Of a stretch of 43,541 nt of DNA, positions 19,471-28,308 are shown piece after piece. The stretch's first letter is position 1; every line of letters starts with the position of its first letter. The notes below the pieces were generated by a model. The model was not told the origin of the DNA and ran no database searches. It saw only the letters and a list, made by a program, of their open reading frames with translations. The stretch is taken from positions 1-43,541 of the forward strand of contig CALVID010000006.1 of NCBI GenBank assembly GCA_944329355.1. The letters run 5' to 3'. The translations under genes were made by a program, and so were the position numbers. The stretch is from an uncultured Bacilli bacterium (GTDB lineage Bacteria > Bacillota_I > Bacilli_A > RF39 > UBA660).

Positions 19471-20238
19471 TTATTCCCCTTTCATCATCCCATTTAAAAG
19501 TACTTCAGCACCTGCCAACTTAAAATCTTTATTAAAACCTAAATAAATATTTTCAAAAACCCCAAGCCCTATCACCTCCACCTTTCTAACCTTAATACAT
19601 TCTAAAAGACCACTACCACCTATGGCAATATATGGAATATATATTTTTTTATTTCTAAAAGTATTATCGATATTAGTTAAAATAACTGGTTTATTTTGAT
19701 AACTCAAAACATTACCACTATCCAAATAACCAGTTAAATTTAAAATTTGCTTCCCAATATAAATATTAGTTTTAAAAGTAAAAGCTATTTTTTCTTTAAA
19801 CATTTTAACTTGTTTAATATATAGATAAAGAATAATCGGTGAAACTATTATCAAAAACAAAACATTCACGCTTAAACCATCATTAAAAAATAAAATTCCA
19901 TTATTTTTGTAAGAAAAAGTAATATTTAAAAAATACAAAAAACCACCAAGTAAAATACTCACAATATAAAGCATTAAAACCTCTGTTAAAAATGTCTTCA
20001 AATTCTTATAACCAAAACATACCAAACACATAATAAAACTCAAATAAACTTTAATAAAAAAAAGTTCCACAGATGATATTTTTAAAAACAAAACTAAAAT
20101 AGTTAAACTTCCAATAAATGCCCCTAAAATAACCCTACAAATTTTAACATTTCGTTTTAAAACAACCACTACAGTAAGCAATAATACAACATCCAAATAA
20201 AAATTTAAAAATAAAAGTCCATCAATATATACTGTCAT
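19471..20238 (-). CDS. spoIIGA: Sigma-E processing peptidase SpoIIGA (start ATG 20238)
   Basis: MTVYID..FLNFYLD, five TM helices, aspartic protease DSGN motif, IPY; upstream of sigE. Confidence 0.93.
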   Translation of the reverse strand: MTVYIDGLLFLNFYLDVVLLLTVVVVLKRNVKICRVILGAFIGSLTILVLFLKISSVELFFIKVYLSFIMCLVCFGYKNLKTFLTEVLMLYIVSILLGGFLYFLNITFSYKNNGILFFNDGLSVNVLFLIIVSPIILYLYIKQVKMFKEKIAFTFKTNIYIGKQILNLTGYLDSGNVLSYQNKPVILTNIDNTFRNKKIYIPYIAIGGSGLLECIKVRKVEVIGLGVFENIYLGFNKDFKLAGAEVLLNGMMKGE

Positions 20239-20253
20239 ATCCCCACCAAAAAC

Positions 20254-20286
20254 AGTATAAAAAAAACGACTTAAATATAATGTCAT
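20254..20286 (-). promoter_or_regulatory. Long-spacer sigma-A promoter of the spoIIG operon (Spo0A-dependent type)
   Basis: Minus strand ATGACA-21 bp-TATACT. Confidence 0.5.
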
Positions 20287-20299
20287 TTTTTAAAAAATA

Positions 20300-21985
20300 T
20301 TATAAACAACTTTTAATTTCATCAATTATTTTATCCTTTAAAATCTCCATGTTGATATCTCCATTACGAGATTTTAATTCTAAAATACCGTCATTAGCTT
20401 TCTTACCAACTGTAATTCTATAAGGAATACCAATAAGCTCTGCGTCTTTAAATTTAACTCCAGCCCTTTCATCCCTATCATCTAATAAAACTTCAATACC
20501 TTCTTCTTTCAATTCATCATAAAGCTCATCAGCAACATTCATTTGAATTTCATCTTTAACATTGATAACTGTAATACATACTTGAAAAGGAGCTATAGAA
20601 GCTGGCCAAACCAAGCCATACTCATCTGACATCTGTTCAGCAATAGCCGCCATGCATCTAGCAACCCCAATACCATAACATCCCATATAAACTGGCTTTA
20701 ATTGATTTTTTTCATCTAAGTAATTTAAATCCAAAGCCTCAGAATACTTTGTTCCAAGCTTAAATGTATTACCTATTTCAATACCCTTTTTAAAATAAAT
20801 TTTACCAGAACAATGCGGACAACTATCTCCTTCACGAATATTGACAATATCCCCTTGTTTATACACCTTAAAATCATCAACATTAACATTGATATAATGA
20901 TAACCATCCTTATTAGCACCACAAACAAAATTACTCATATTAGCTACTTCATTATCCATAATTATTTTTGCATCAATTTCAATAGGTCCTAAAGAGCCAA
21001 ATCCTGCATCAACAATCTTCTTCAATTCCTCTTCACTAGCTAACTCTAAATTACTAACACCTAATAATTTACTTAATTTTGTATCATTTAACTCTCGATC
21101 CCCTTTAACCAAAGCTAAAATAATTTCTCCATCAGCACTATATACTAAAGTTTTAACAGTTTTATTAATATCGACCTTTAAAAATTTTACAACATCTTCG
21201 ATTGACTTAACCCCTGGTGTTTCCACCAATTCCATTTTCTTCTTCTCTTCTTTTGCAACTTCCATAGCTTTAACCGGAGCCACTTCAATATTAGAGCCAA
21301 ACGAACAACTATCACACATTACTAAAACATCTTCGCCAATATCCGTAACTGCTTGAAACTCCTCAGATAAATCTCCACCCATAACACCAGTATCAGCTCT
21401 AACTATTCTATAATCTATACCCATTCTGTCAAAAGAATTTTTATAAGCTTCTACCATTTTTTGATAACTAATCTCACCAGTTTCTTTATTAGTATCAAAA
21501 CTATAAGCATCTTTCATAGTAAACTCTCTCGTCCTGATAAGTCCAAAACGAGGCCTTGCTTCATCTCTAAATTTATCTTGAATTTGATAAATATTAAATG
21601 GTAAATCTCTATATGATTTAATTTTTTCTTTAGCTGCCATAACAAATAATTCTTCATGAGTAGGTCCTAAACAAAATTCCCTTTCATTTCTATCATTCAA
21701 CTTAAACATATCAGGTCCGAAAGAATCATATCTATTCGACTTTTGAAAAATCTCACTAGGAATTAAAGCCGGCATTAAAACCTCATTAGCACCTGCTTTA
21801 TCCATCTCTTCTCTAATAATATTTTCTATTTTTCGTTTAACTCTAAGTCCCATAGGCATAAACATATAGACTCCACTAGCCTCTTTCTTCACCATACCAC
21901 TTCTGACTAATAAATTACCACTTTTACTATCTTCATCTTTAATATCATCTCTTATAGTATAGAAAAAACAATTACTTAACTTCAT
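20300..21985 (-). CDS. proS: Proline--tRNA ligase (bacterial type with INS editing domain)
   Basis: LGPTHEE, KFRDEARPRFGLIRTREF, GANKDGYH, GIEIGNTFKLG, MGCYGIG, LDDR. Confidence 0.98.
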   Translation of the reverse strand: MKLSNCFFYTIRDDIKDEDSKSGNLLVRSGMVKKEASGVYMFMPMGLRVKRKIENIIREEMDKAGANEVLMPALIPSEIFQKSNRYDSFGPDMFKLNDRNEREFCLGPTHEELFVMAAKEKIKSYRDLPFNIYQIQDKFRDEARPRFGLIRTREFTMKDAYSFDTNKETGEISYQKMVEAYKNSFDRMGIDYRIVRADTGVMGGDLSEEFQAVTDIGEDVLVMCDSCSFGSNIEVAPVKAMEVAKEEKKKMELVETPGVKSIEDVVKFLKVDINKTVKTLVYSADGEIILALVKGDRELNDTKLSKLLGVSNLELASEEELKKIVDAGFGSLGPIEIDAKIIMDNEVANMSNFVCGANKDGYHYINVNVDDFKVYKQGDIVNIREGDSCPHCSGKIYFKKGIEIGNTFKLGTKYSEALDLNYLDEKNQLKPVYMGCYGIGVARCMAAIAEQMSDEYGLVWPASIAPFQVCITVINVKDEIQMNVADELYDELKEEGIEVLLDDRDERAGVKFKDAELIGIPYRITVGKKANDGILELKSRNGDINMEILKDKIIDEIKSCL

Positions 21986-21997
21986 ATAAACCTCCTA

Positions 21998-22192
21998 ACA
22001 AAAAAAGAATGAACCATAGGAGTGCATAAGCACGGTACCATCCTTTTATTAACTTAATTACAAGATAACGGTTTTACCCGGAAATGTTTTCATTTCTCTC
22101 AAAAAGTAGGAATTAAATACTATCATAACTTGCTTCCACCAACCAAGCTCGCTTTATATGAGGAAATATTTAATATTCTTTCTTCAACGATT
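21998..22192 (-). ncRNA. T-box riboswitch (Pro specifier) in the proS leader
   Basis: Minus strand: AGCGAG and GGTGGAA distal motifs, specifier CCT at 22110-22108, T-box AAGGATGGTACCGTG at 22045-22031, U-tract then SD. Confidence 0.9.
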
Positions 22193-22244
22193 TACACACA
22201 CATATTAACATATTTTTCTTATACTTGTAAAGTATTTTATGTGA

Positions 22245-23318
22245 TTAAATCTTTTTTTGTACCTTATGATGTTTTCTTTTTTTATTCATACTGACTATAT
22301 CTTTTTTAAAATACTTAAAAGTAGCAATCGCAATAATGGCAACTGGAAGTGAAATAATAATACCTAAAACACCAAATAAAATTCCACCAGCAAACACAGA
22401 AATAATAACCACTAATGGATGTACTTTATTACTATTGCCATATACAAACGGATTAATAATATAACCATCAACAGCAGAAAACACTAAAAACACAATACAA
22501 GTTTTAATAAATAATGCGGGACTTATCACAAACGCCGTAATCGCCGCAATAATATTAGTAATAATACCACCAAAATAAGGAATCAAATTACCTAAAGCTG
22601 CTAAAGTTCCAAGCATTAAAGCATTAGGATGCCCTATTAACATATAAACAATTGTATATTCAAAAAATGAAATAATAACAATTTTCATAAATCCTACAAT
22701 ATATTTTCTCATCTCATCATCAATAGTTGCTACATAATTATAAAGCTTCTTTGATCTTTGACTTAAATATTCTTTTACAAAATTTCTAATTTTATCCATA
22801 TCAACTAAAAAGTAAACAAAAGAAGCTAATATAATAAATATCTTAGAAATATAATCAATTGAAACTCCTATAAAACTTAAAGCTCCATTAGAAATATAAG
22901 TTCCCAGTTTTTCCAAAGTCTCATTAAAACCAGCTGACAAAGTATTTTGAACATCTTTAAAATCTATATTATAATCATATGACAATTCTCTTAAAAAAGA
23001 AATAATTCCATTAAACAAACTAGTCATTTGACTCATAATAGTTGGTGTTATTAAAGCTAAAATTAAACAAATAAATCCAAAAGCTCCACCAACTACTATC
23101 AACATAGCTAAAGCCTTAGGTAATCCTTTGTCTATTAATTTTTTAACAATTGGATAAAAAGCATAAGCTATAGCAAAAGCAATTAAAAATGGAAGTATAA
23201 TATTAAAAAGTAAACTTATAGTTCCAAACCAAAAATCTCTAGCTTGATAAACTAAATAAACTGTTAGTACTAACAAAACAACATTTATAAGCTTGAAATC
23301 TAATCTATTTTTAATCAT
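22245..23318 (-). CDS. AI-2E family transporter
   Basis: PFLIAFAIAY..YP, LIPYFG, INPFVYG, VHP, GGILFGVLG; multipass membrane protein. Confidence 0.93.
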   Translation of the reverse strand: MIKNRLDFKLINVVLLVLTVYLVYQARDFWFGTISLLFNIILPFLIAFAIAYAFYPIVKKLIDKGLPKALAMLIVVGGAFGFICLILALITPTIMSQMTSLFNGIISFLRELSYDYNIDFKDVQNTLSAGFNETLEKLGTYISNGALSFIGVSIDYISKIFIILASFVYFLVDMDKIRNFVKEYLSQRSKKLYNYVATIDDEMRKYIVGFMKIVIISFFEYTIVYMLIGHPNALMLGTLAALGNLIPYFGGIITNIIAAITAFVISPALFIKTCIVFLVFSAVDGYIINPFVYGNSNKVHPLVVIISVFAGGILFGVLGIIISLPVAIIAIATFKYFKKDIVSMNKKRKHHKVQKKI

Positions 23319-23760
23319 CTGCCCTCTCCTTTTCCAAAAGAATTGTTACCGGTCCATCATTTTGAATATCCACAAGCATCTCTGCCCCAAATATCCCTGT
23401 TTCCACATGAACATATTGACTTAACCTTTCATTAAATATTTTATATAATTTTGAAGCATTTATACTATCTAAAGCTTTAACATAGCTTGGTCTATTTCCT
23501 TTTTTTGTGTCGGCATAAAGCGTAAATTGAGAAACACTCAAAATTTCACCAGCAATATCTAAAATAGATTTATTCATCACTCCATTTTCATCATCAAAAA
23601 TACGCAAGTGCAACAACTTATTAATTAAATAATCTATTTCCTGTATCGTATCATTATAAGTAAAACCAACAAAAACAACCAATCCTTTAGATATTTTTCC
23701 AGTAACATCATCACCTACAGATACTTTCGAGTTTAAACTTCTTTGAACAAGTATTCTCAT
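23311..23760 (-). CDS. dtd: D-aminoacyl-tRNA deacylase
   Basis: LVQR, SQFTL, KGNRPS, NDGPVT; coupled to rel. Confidence 0.98.
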   Translation of the reverse strand: MRILVQRSLNSKVSVGDDVTGKISKGLVVFVGFTYNDTIQEIDYLINKLLHLRIFDDENGVMNKSILDIAGEILSVSQFTLYADTKKGNRPSYVKALDSINASKLYKIFNERLSQYVHVETGIFGAEMLVDIQNDGPVTILLEKERADD

Positions 23761-25922
23761 TTTATTAATCTCTCCACATCTGTAACCTCACTTATCATCT
23801 TAATATCATTCATTAACTTTATAAGTTGCTCTTTATTATCAACTAAAACCGTCATCTCAATAGCTTCATCTTCTTTTGATTTATGACTATTAAATCTTCT
23901 CACTGGTATATCATTATTAGCTGCTTTTGAAATAATATTGATCAAAGAACTATTATCACTACTTGACCGAACTAAAATATTCGTAGGTAATTTACTACTA
24001 TCAGTATTCCAATTAACCTCAATTAACCTTTCATCTAAACTAGCTACATTTGGACAAACCATCCTATGAACTGTAACCCCATAACCTTTAGTAATATAAC
24101 CTACTATTCTATCACCTGGCACCGGATTACAGCATGAAGCTAAATTAATTTTAATATCATCTATACCAGCTACCCCAACTAAACTATTACTAGCATTTTG
24201 TTTTTGACTGCCTTTGGTAGCTTTTTCTAAAATTTTGTCTTCTTTAGATACTTCTTTTTTTAGATAAGTATCCATTACAGAAGTAATCGAAATTTTACCA
24301 CTACCCAAGTTACCATAAAGTTCATTTAATGAATTAAATTTTAAATCAGCAAATAATTTTTTTAACTTTTCATCAGCAAAAAACTCATCATTACTTATCT
24401 TCTGACGCCTTAATTCTTTACTTAAAATATCTTCACCTTTTTTAATGTTTTCTTCCTTATTAACCCTATTAAAAAACGCTTTAATCTTATTCTTTGCTTG
24501 AGTAGTTTTTACAATATTAAGCCACTCTCTACTAGGACCAACTGAGTTATTATTTGTAATTATCTTAACAATATCATCACTTTTTAACTCATAATCTAAA
24601 GGTACAATTTGTGAATTTACAATAGCCCCTGTAGCCTTATCTCCTACATTAGAATGAACCTTATAAGCAAAATCAATTGGTGTTGACCCACTAGGTAACT
24701 CTATCACATCACCTAAAGGAGTGAAAACATAAATTGTATTTTGAAAAACTTCTTGCTTAACTGTATTAACAAAATCAGCCGGATTGTCTTGCTCCCGTTT
24801 TAAATCCATAATGGCTCTAAAAAACTGTAATTTTTGTTCCATTTCATTTTGCATAACTGCTTTAACAGACCCTTTTTCCTTATAAGACCAGTGCGAAGCA
24901 ATACCATATTCTGCAACTCTATCCATTTCATAAGTTCTAATTTGAATCTCATATAACTGCCCATCTACTCCAAAAACAGTAGTATGTAAAGATTGATACA
25001 TATTTGTTTTAGGCATTGCAATATAATCTTTAAATCTTTTTGGCTTTGGTCTAAATTTAGAATGAATAATTCCTAAAGCTTGATAACAATCTTGCTCCGT
25101 ATCAACTAAAATTCTTAAAGCCAGCAAATCATAAATATCACTAAACCTTTTACCCTTTTCTAATTTTTTATAAATACTATAAATGCTTTTAGACCGACCT
25201 TTAATTTCATGCTTAATATCATGTTTATTTAAAAGATCTGATACATTTTCAATCATCTTAGCTACACTATTATCTCTTTCGGCCTTAGTCGCATTTAACT
25301 TTTCAACTATATCATAATACTCTAAAGGCTTTAAATAGCGTAAACAATATTCTTCTAAATCTTGCTTAATACTATTAATACCCAGCCTATCAGCAATAGG
25401 TGTTAAAATATCCAAAGTTTCTCTAGCAGTAGCTTTTTGTTTTTTCTCGCTATGAACAAATAAAGTCTGCATATTATTAAGTCTATCCGCTAATTTAATA
25501 ATAATGACTCTAACATCTTCAGATAATCCAACCAATATCTTTCTTTGATTATTAATTAAAGCTTCAGTAGTTCCAGATAAATTAAGTTTATTAATTTTTG
25601 TAACTCCATCTACTAAAATAGAAATATTATGACCAAACTTTTCTTCTATTTCCTCTATAGAAACATTACAATCTTCCACCACATCATGTAATAATGCAGC
25701 CGATAAAGTTTCATAATCCGCACTTATTCTTGTTAAAATATATGCGACATTTAAAGGATGAATTATATAATCTTCCCCAGTTAAACGTTTTTGCCCAAAA
25801 TGTTTAATAGAAGCAAAATTATAAGCCTCCTCTATCACATTAAGTTCATCACTATCAGTAATATAAGATTTTATTTTTTTCATAAGTTTTTCTATCGTCA
25901 AATCTTTTTGATGTTTACCCAT
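23757..25922 (-). CDS. relA: Bifunctional (p)ppGpp synthetase/hydrolase Rel
   Basis: LLHDVVED HD domain, GRSKSIYSI, YQSLHT, EIQIRT, TGS, CCNPVPGD, C-terminal ACT. Confidence 0.98.
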   Translation of the reverse strand: MGKHQKDLTIEKLMKKIKSYITDSDELNVIEEAYNFASIKHFGQKRLTGEDYIIHPLNVAYILTRISADYETLSAALLHDVVEDCNVSIEEIEEKFGHNISILVDGVTKINKLNLSGTTEALINNQRKILVGLSEDVRVIIIKLADRLNNMQTLFVHSEKKQKATARETLDILTPIADRLGINSIKQDLEEYCLRYLKPLEYYDIVEKLNATKAERDNSVAKMIENVSDLLNKHDIKHEIKGRSKSIYSIYKKLEKGKRFSDIYDLLALRILVDTEQDCYQALGIIHSKFRPKPKRFKDYIAMPKTNMYQSLHTTVFGVDGQLYEIQIRTYEMDRVAEYGIASHWSYKEKGSVKAVMQNEMEQKLQFFRAIMDLKREQDNPADFVNTVKQEVFQNTIYVFTPLGDVIELPSGSTPIDFAYKVHSNVGDKATGAIVNSQIVPLDYELKSDDIVKIITNNNSVGPSREWLNIVKTTQAKNKIKAFFNRVNKEENIKKGEDILSKELRRQKISNDEFFADEKLKKLFADLKFNSLNELYGNLGSGKISITSVMDTYLKKEVSKEDKILEKATKGSQKQNASNSLVGVAGIDDIKINLASCCNPVPGDRIVGYITKGYGVTVHRMVCPNVASLDERLIEVNWNTDSSKLPTNILVRSSSDNSSLINIISKAANNDIPVRRFNSHKSKEDEAIEMTVLVDNKEQLIKLMNDIKMISEVTDVERLIK

Positions 25923-25934
25923 GTAATCACCTTC

Positions 25935-26207
25935 TTAAATATCTAAATATAATTTTCGGTTTTTTTCATTAATTTTTTCTTTAAAATAATCATCTATCAA
26001 TACATTATCAGTATTTAAAATATCACTAACCATATCACTAAGCATTAAATCATGACTATTTTTCCACTTTTTTTCTTTCAAATAATTCCATATATCTTCA
26101 TTTTTTAAATATCCATACCCATTAACTTTAAGTTCACTCATTTTCGCATTAAGTGCAGGTCTTAAGCGATTATAAAGTTCTTCCAAAGAATTAAATTCTA
26201 AATTCAT
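25935..26207 (-). CDS. comN: Post-transcriptional regulator, ComN/YrzD family
   Basis: PALNAKMSELKVNGY...DIWNYL..KKWK...MVSDIL; lies between spoVB (divergent) and rel, as in Bacillus. Confidence 0.8.
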   Translation of the reverse strand: MNLEFNSLEELYNRLRPALNAKMSELKVNGYGYLKNEDIWNYLKEKKWKNSHDLMLSDMVSDILNTDNVLIDDYFKEKINEKNRKLYLDI

Positions 26208-26281
26208 AACTCTCAGCTCCTTATAAATACCATTATATATTAAATTTTATCATTTTTAAAGTAGCCTGTCCAAATTTTCAT

Positions 26282-26310
26282 TTGCATTTTTCTAAAAAAA
26301 GTGTTATTAT
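26282..26310 (+). promoter_or_regulatory. Sigma-A promoter for the orphan gene at 26334
   Basis: TTGCAT-17 bp-TATTAT with extended TG; SD AAGGAG. Confidence 0.6.
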
Positions 26311-26333
26311 TAAAAACCCAAAGGAGATGACTT

Positions 26334-26873
26334 ATGTTTCAAATAAAAATTAAAAATGAAAACACCGAAAATGAATATTACGTTTTTGGTGAACAAGAAT
26401 TACATATTATTGGGAAAGCAACTTTACCAGTAGTAGCTGTCCCTAATTTTTTCGATTTATCCATTATATCAGGCAATAATACTAATATTACTTCACCCAT
26501 AAGTATTGATATAACAGTTAAAGGTAAAAAAACTAAAGAAGAAAAAGAAGAAGAATATATGTACGGAAGTAGTCATAGTAACAAACCACAAATAATATAT
26601 AAAAATAGTGGACAGTCAATCAACGTTTCTTCTAATTTAACTTTTCTATATACCAATAACTGTCCTGTTATTGTAACTAAAAATGGCATTGAAAATTATG
26701 AAGAGATCAATCTAAATAGTGATATTATTTCGCTTACTTTAGAAGAATATGAAACACTTTATGAATTATATTTACAAACATTAAAAGAAAATCCAACTAT
26801 GGATTATCAAAATAGACAAACCATTAAACAAGATGTTGACAAAGCTAAAAACTTAATCAAAAATAGAGCATAA
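26334..26873 (+). CDS. Hypothetical orphan protein
   Basis: 179-aa ORF with promoter, SD and its own terminator; no recognisable motif. Confidence 0.75.
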   Translation: MFQIKIKNENTENEYYVFGEQELHIIGKATLPVVAVPNFFDLSIISGNNTNITSPISIDITVKGKKTKEEKEEEYMYGSSHSNKPQIIYKNSGQSINVSSNLTFLYTNNCPVIVTKNGIENYEEINLNSDIISLTLEEYETLYELYLQTLKENPTMDYQNRQTIKQDVDKAKNLIKNRA

Positions 26874-26886
26874 CGCTCTATTTTTT
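26859..26886 (+). terminator. Intrinsic terminator after the orphan gene
   Basis: AAAATAGAGC-ATAAC-GCTCTATTTTTT. Confidence 0.8.
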
Positions 26887-26963
26887 ATATGCCAAACTCC
26901 ATATTTACTAACACTTATCTTTTACATATGCAATTACTAATATTAAAAAGCATATATTCTAAT

Positions 26964-28259
26964 ATGAAAAAAAATGTTTTTTTAAAATCAGTAATATTAT
27001 TATTAATTGGTGGATTTATCACTAAAATTATTAGTATGTTTATTAAAATTGTTTTAGCTAGACTAATTGGTACTGAAGGCATGGGAATATACATGTTAAT
27101 ATCGCCTACCTTTGTTATGTTAATGGCTCTAGCTAGTTTAGGATTTCCAGTCGCTATAAGTAAATTAGTAGCAGAAGATACAAAAAACAACAAAAATTTA
27201 GTATTTTCGGTCATCCCAATATCACTTGCTTTAAATATTATCATTATTATATTGTTGTTTCTCACCGCTGGATATATATCACATAATTTACTAAATGAAG
27301 ATAGATGTTATTGGGCAATCATCTGTATAGGATTTGTCTTGCCATTTATAAGCATTTCCAGCATTCTAAGAGGATATTTCTTCGGAAAACAAAAAATGTT
27401 ACCACACGTCTTATCCAATGTTACAGAAGACATAGTCAGACTAATAGCTATTATAATTGGCATTCCTATTTTTATAAAATTTGGACTAGAATATGCAGTT
27501 GCCTTCATAGTATTAACCAATGTTATCAGTGAACTCACATCAATCTTCGTTTTATTTTTCTTCGTTCCCAAAAACTTCAAAATAACAAAAAAAGATTTAA
27601 AGCCTAACAAAAACAATATTAAAGATGTTTTTTCTATTGGAATTCCTACTACCATGAGTAGAATAATTGGTTCAATAGGAGCTTTTTTAGAACCTATCAT
27701 ATTGACTTATGGTCTAATCAAAAGTGGTTATTCTAATAATTTTATTGTCAACGAATATGGTATTATTAACGGCTATGTAATGCCATTAATACTATTACCA
27801 TCCTTCTTTACTGGAGCAATTTCTCAAGCCTTAATTCCAAACATATCCAAAGCTCACAGTCAAAAACATTATCAATATGTTTGGAATAAAATAAAATTTG
27901 CTATATTCATTTCTCTATTAATAGGTATACCGGCTACTATTATTTTTGAATTACTTCCTCAAATTCCTATGAAAATAATATATGACACTACCGTAGGTAT
28001 TGATTATATTAAAATTTTAGCACCTATTGCTTTAATGCATTATATTCAAGCTCCTTTAACCGCATCATTACAAGCTATGGGTAAAGCTAAAGAAGCCATG
28101 CATGGAACTTTAATAGGTACTATCATTAGAACAATCGCTTTATTAATACTATGCTTCTCACATATTGGTCTATGGGCACTAGTATGGGCAACTGGTATAA
28201 ATATCATAATTGTAACTATTCACCAATACATCCATGTTAAAAAAGCTTTAAAAATTTAA
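26964..28259 (+). CDS. spoVB: Stage V sporulation protein B (MOP-family lipid II flippase); start probably ATG 26964
   Basis: IGTEGMGIY, LGFPVAISKLVAE, SILRGYF, LIPNIS, YIQAPL..LQAMGKAK; divergent from comN as in Bacillus. Confidence 0.88.
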   Translation: MKKNVFLKSVILLLIGGFITKIISMFIKIVLARLIGTEGMGIYMLISPTFVMLMALASLGFPVAISKLVAEDTKNNKNLVFSVIPISLALNIIIIILLFLTAGYISHNLLNEDRCYWAIICIGFVLPFISISSILRGYFFGKQKMLPHVLSNVTEDIVRLIAIIIGIPIFIKFGLEYAVAFIVLTNVISELTSIFVLFFFVPKNFKITKKDLKPNKNNIKDVFSIGIPTTMSRIIGSIGAFLEPIILTYGLIKSGYSNNFIVNEYGIINGYVMPLILLPSFFTGAISQALIPNISKAHSQKHYQYVWNKIKFAIFISLLIGIPATIIFELLPQIPMKIIYDTTVGIDYIKILAPIALMHYIQAPLTASLQAMGKAKEAMHGTLIGTIIRTIALLILCFSHIGLWALVWATGINIIIVTIHQYIHVKKALKI

Positions 28260-28308
28260 AATTACTCCTCTACCATTTTATCAAAAAACAAGTAATATTT
28301 TTGATAAA

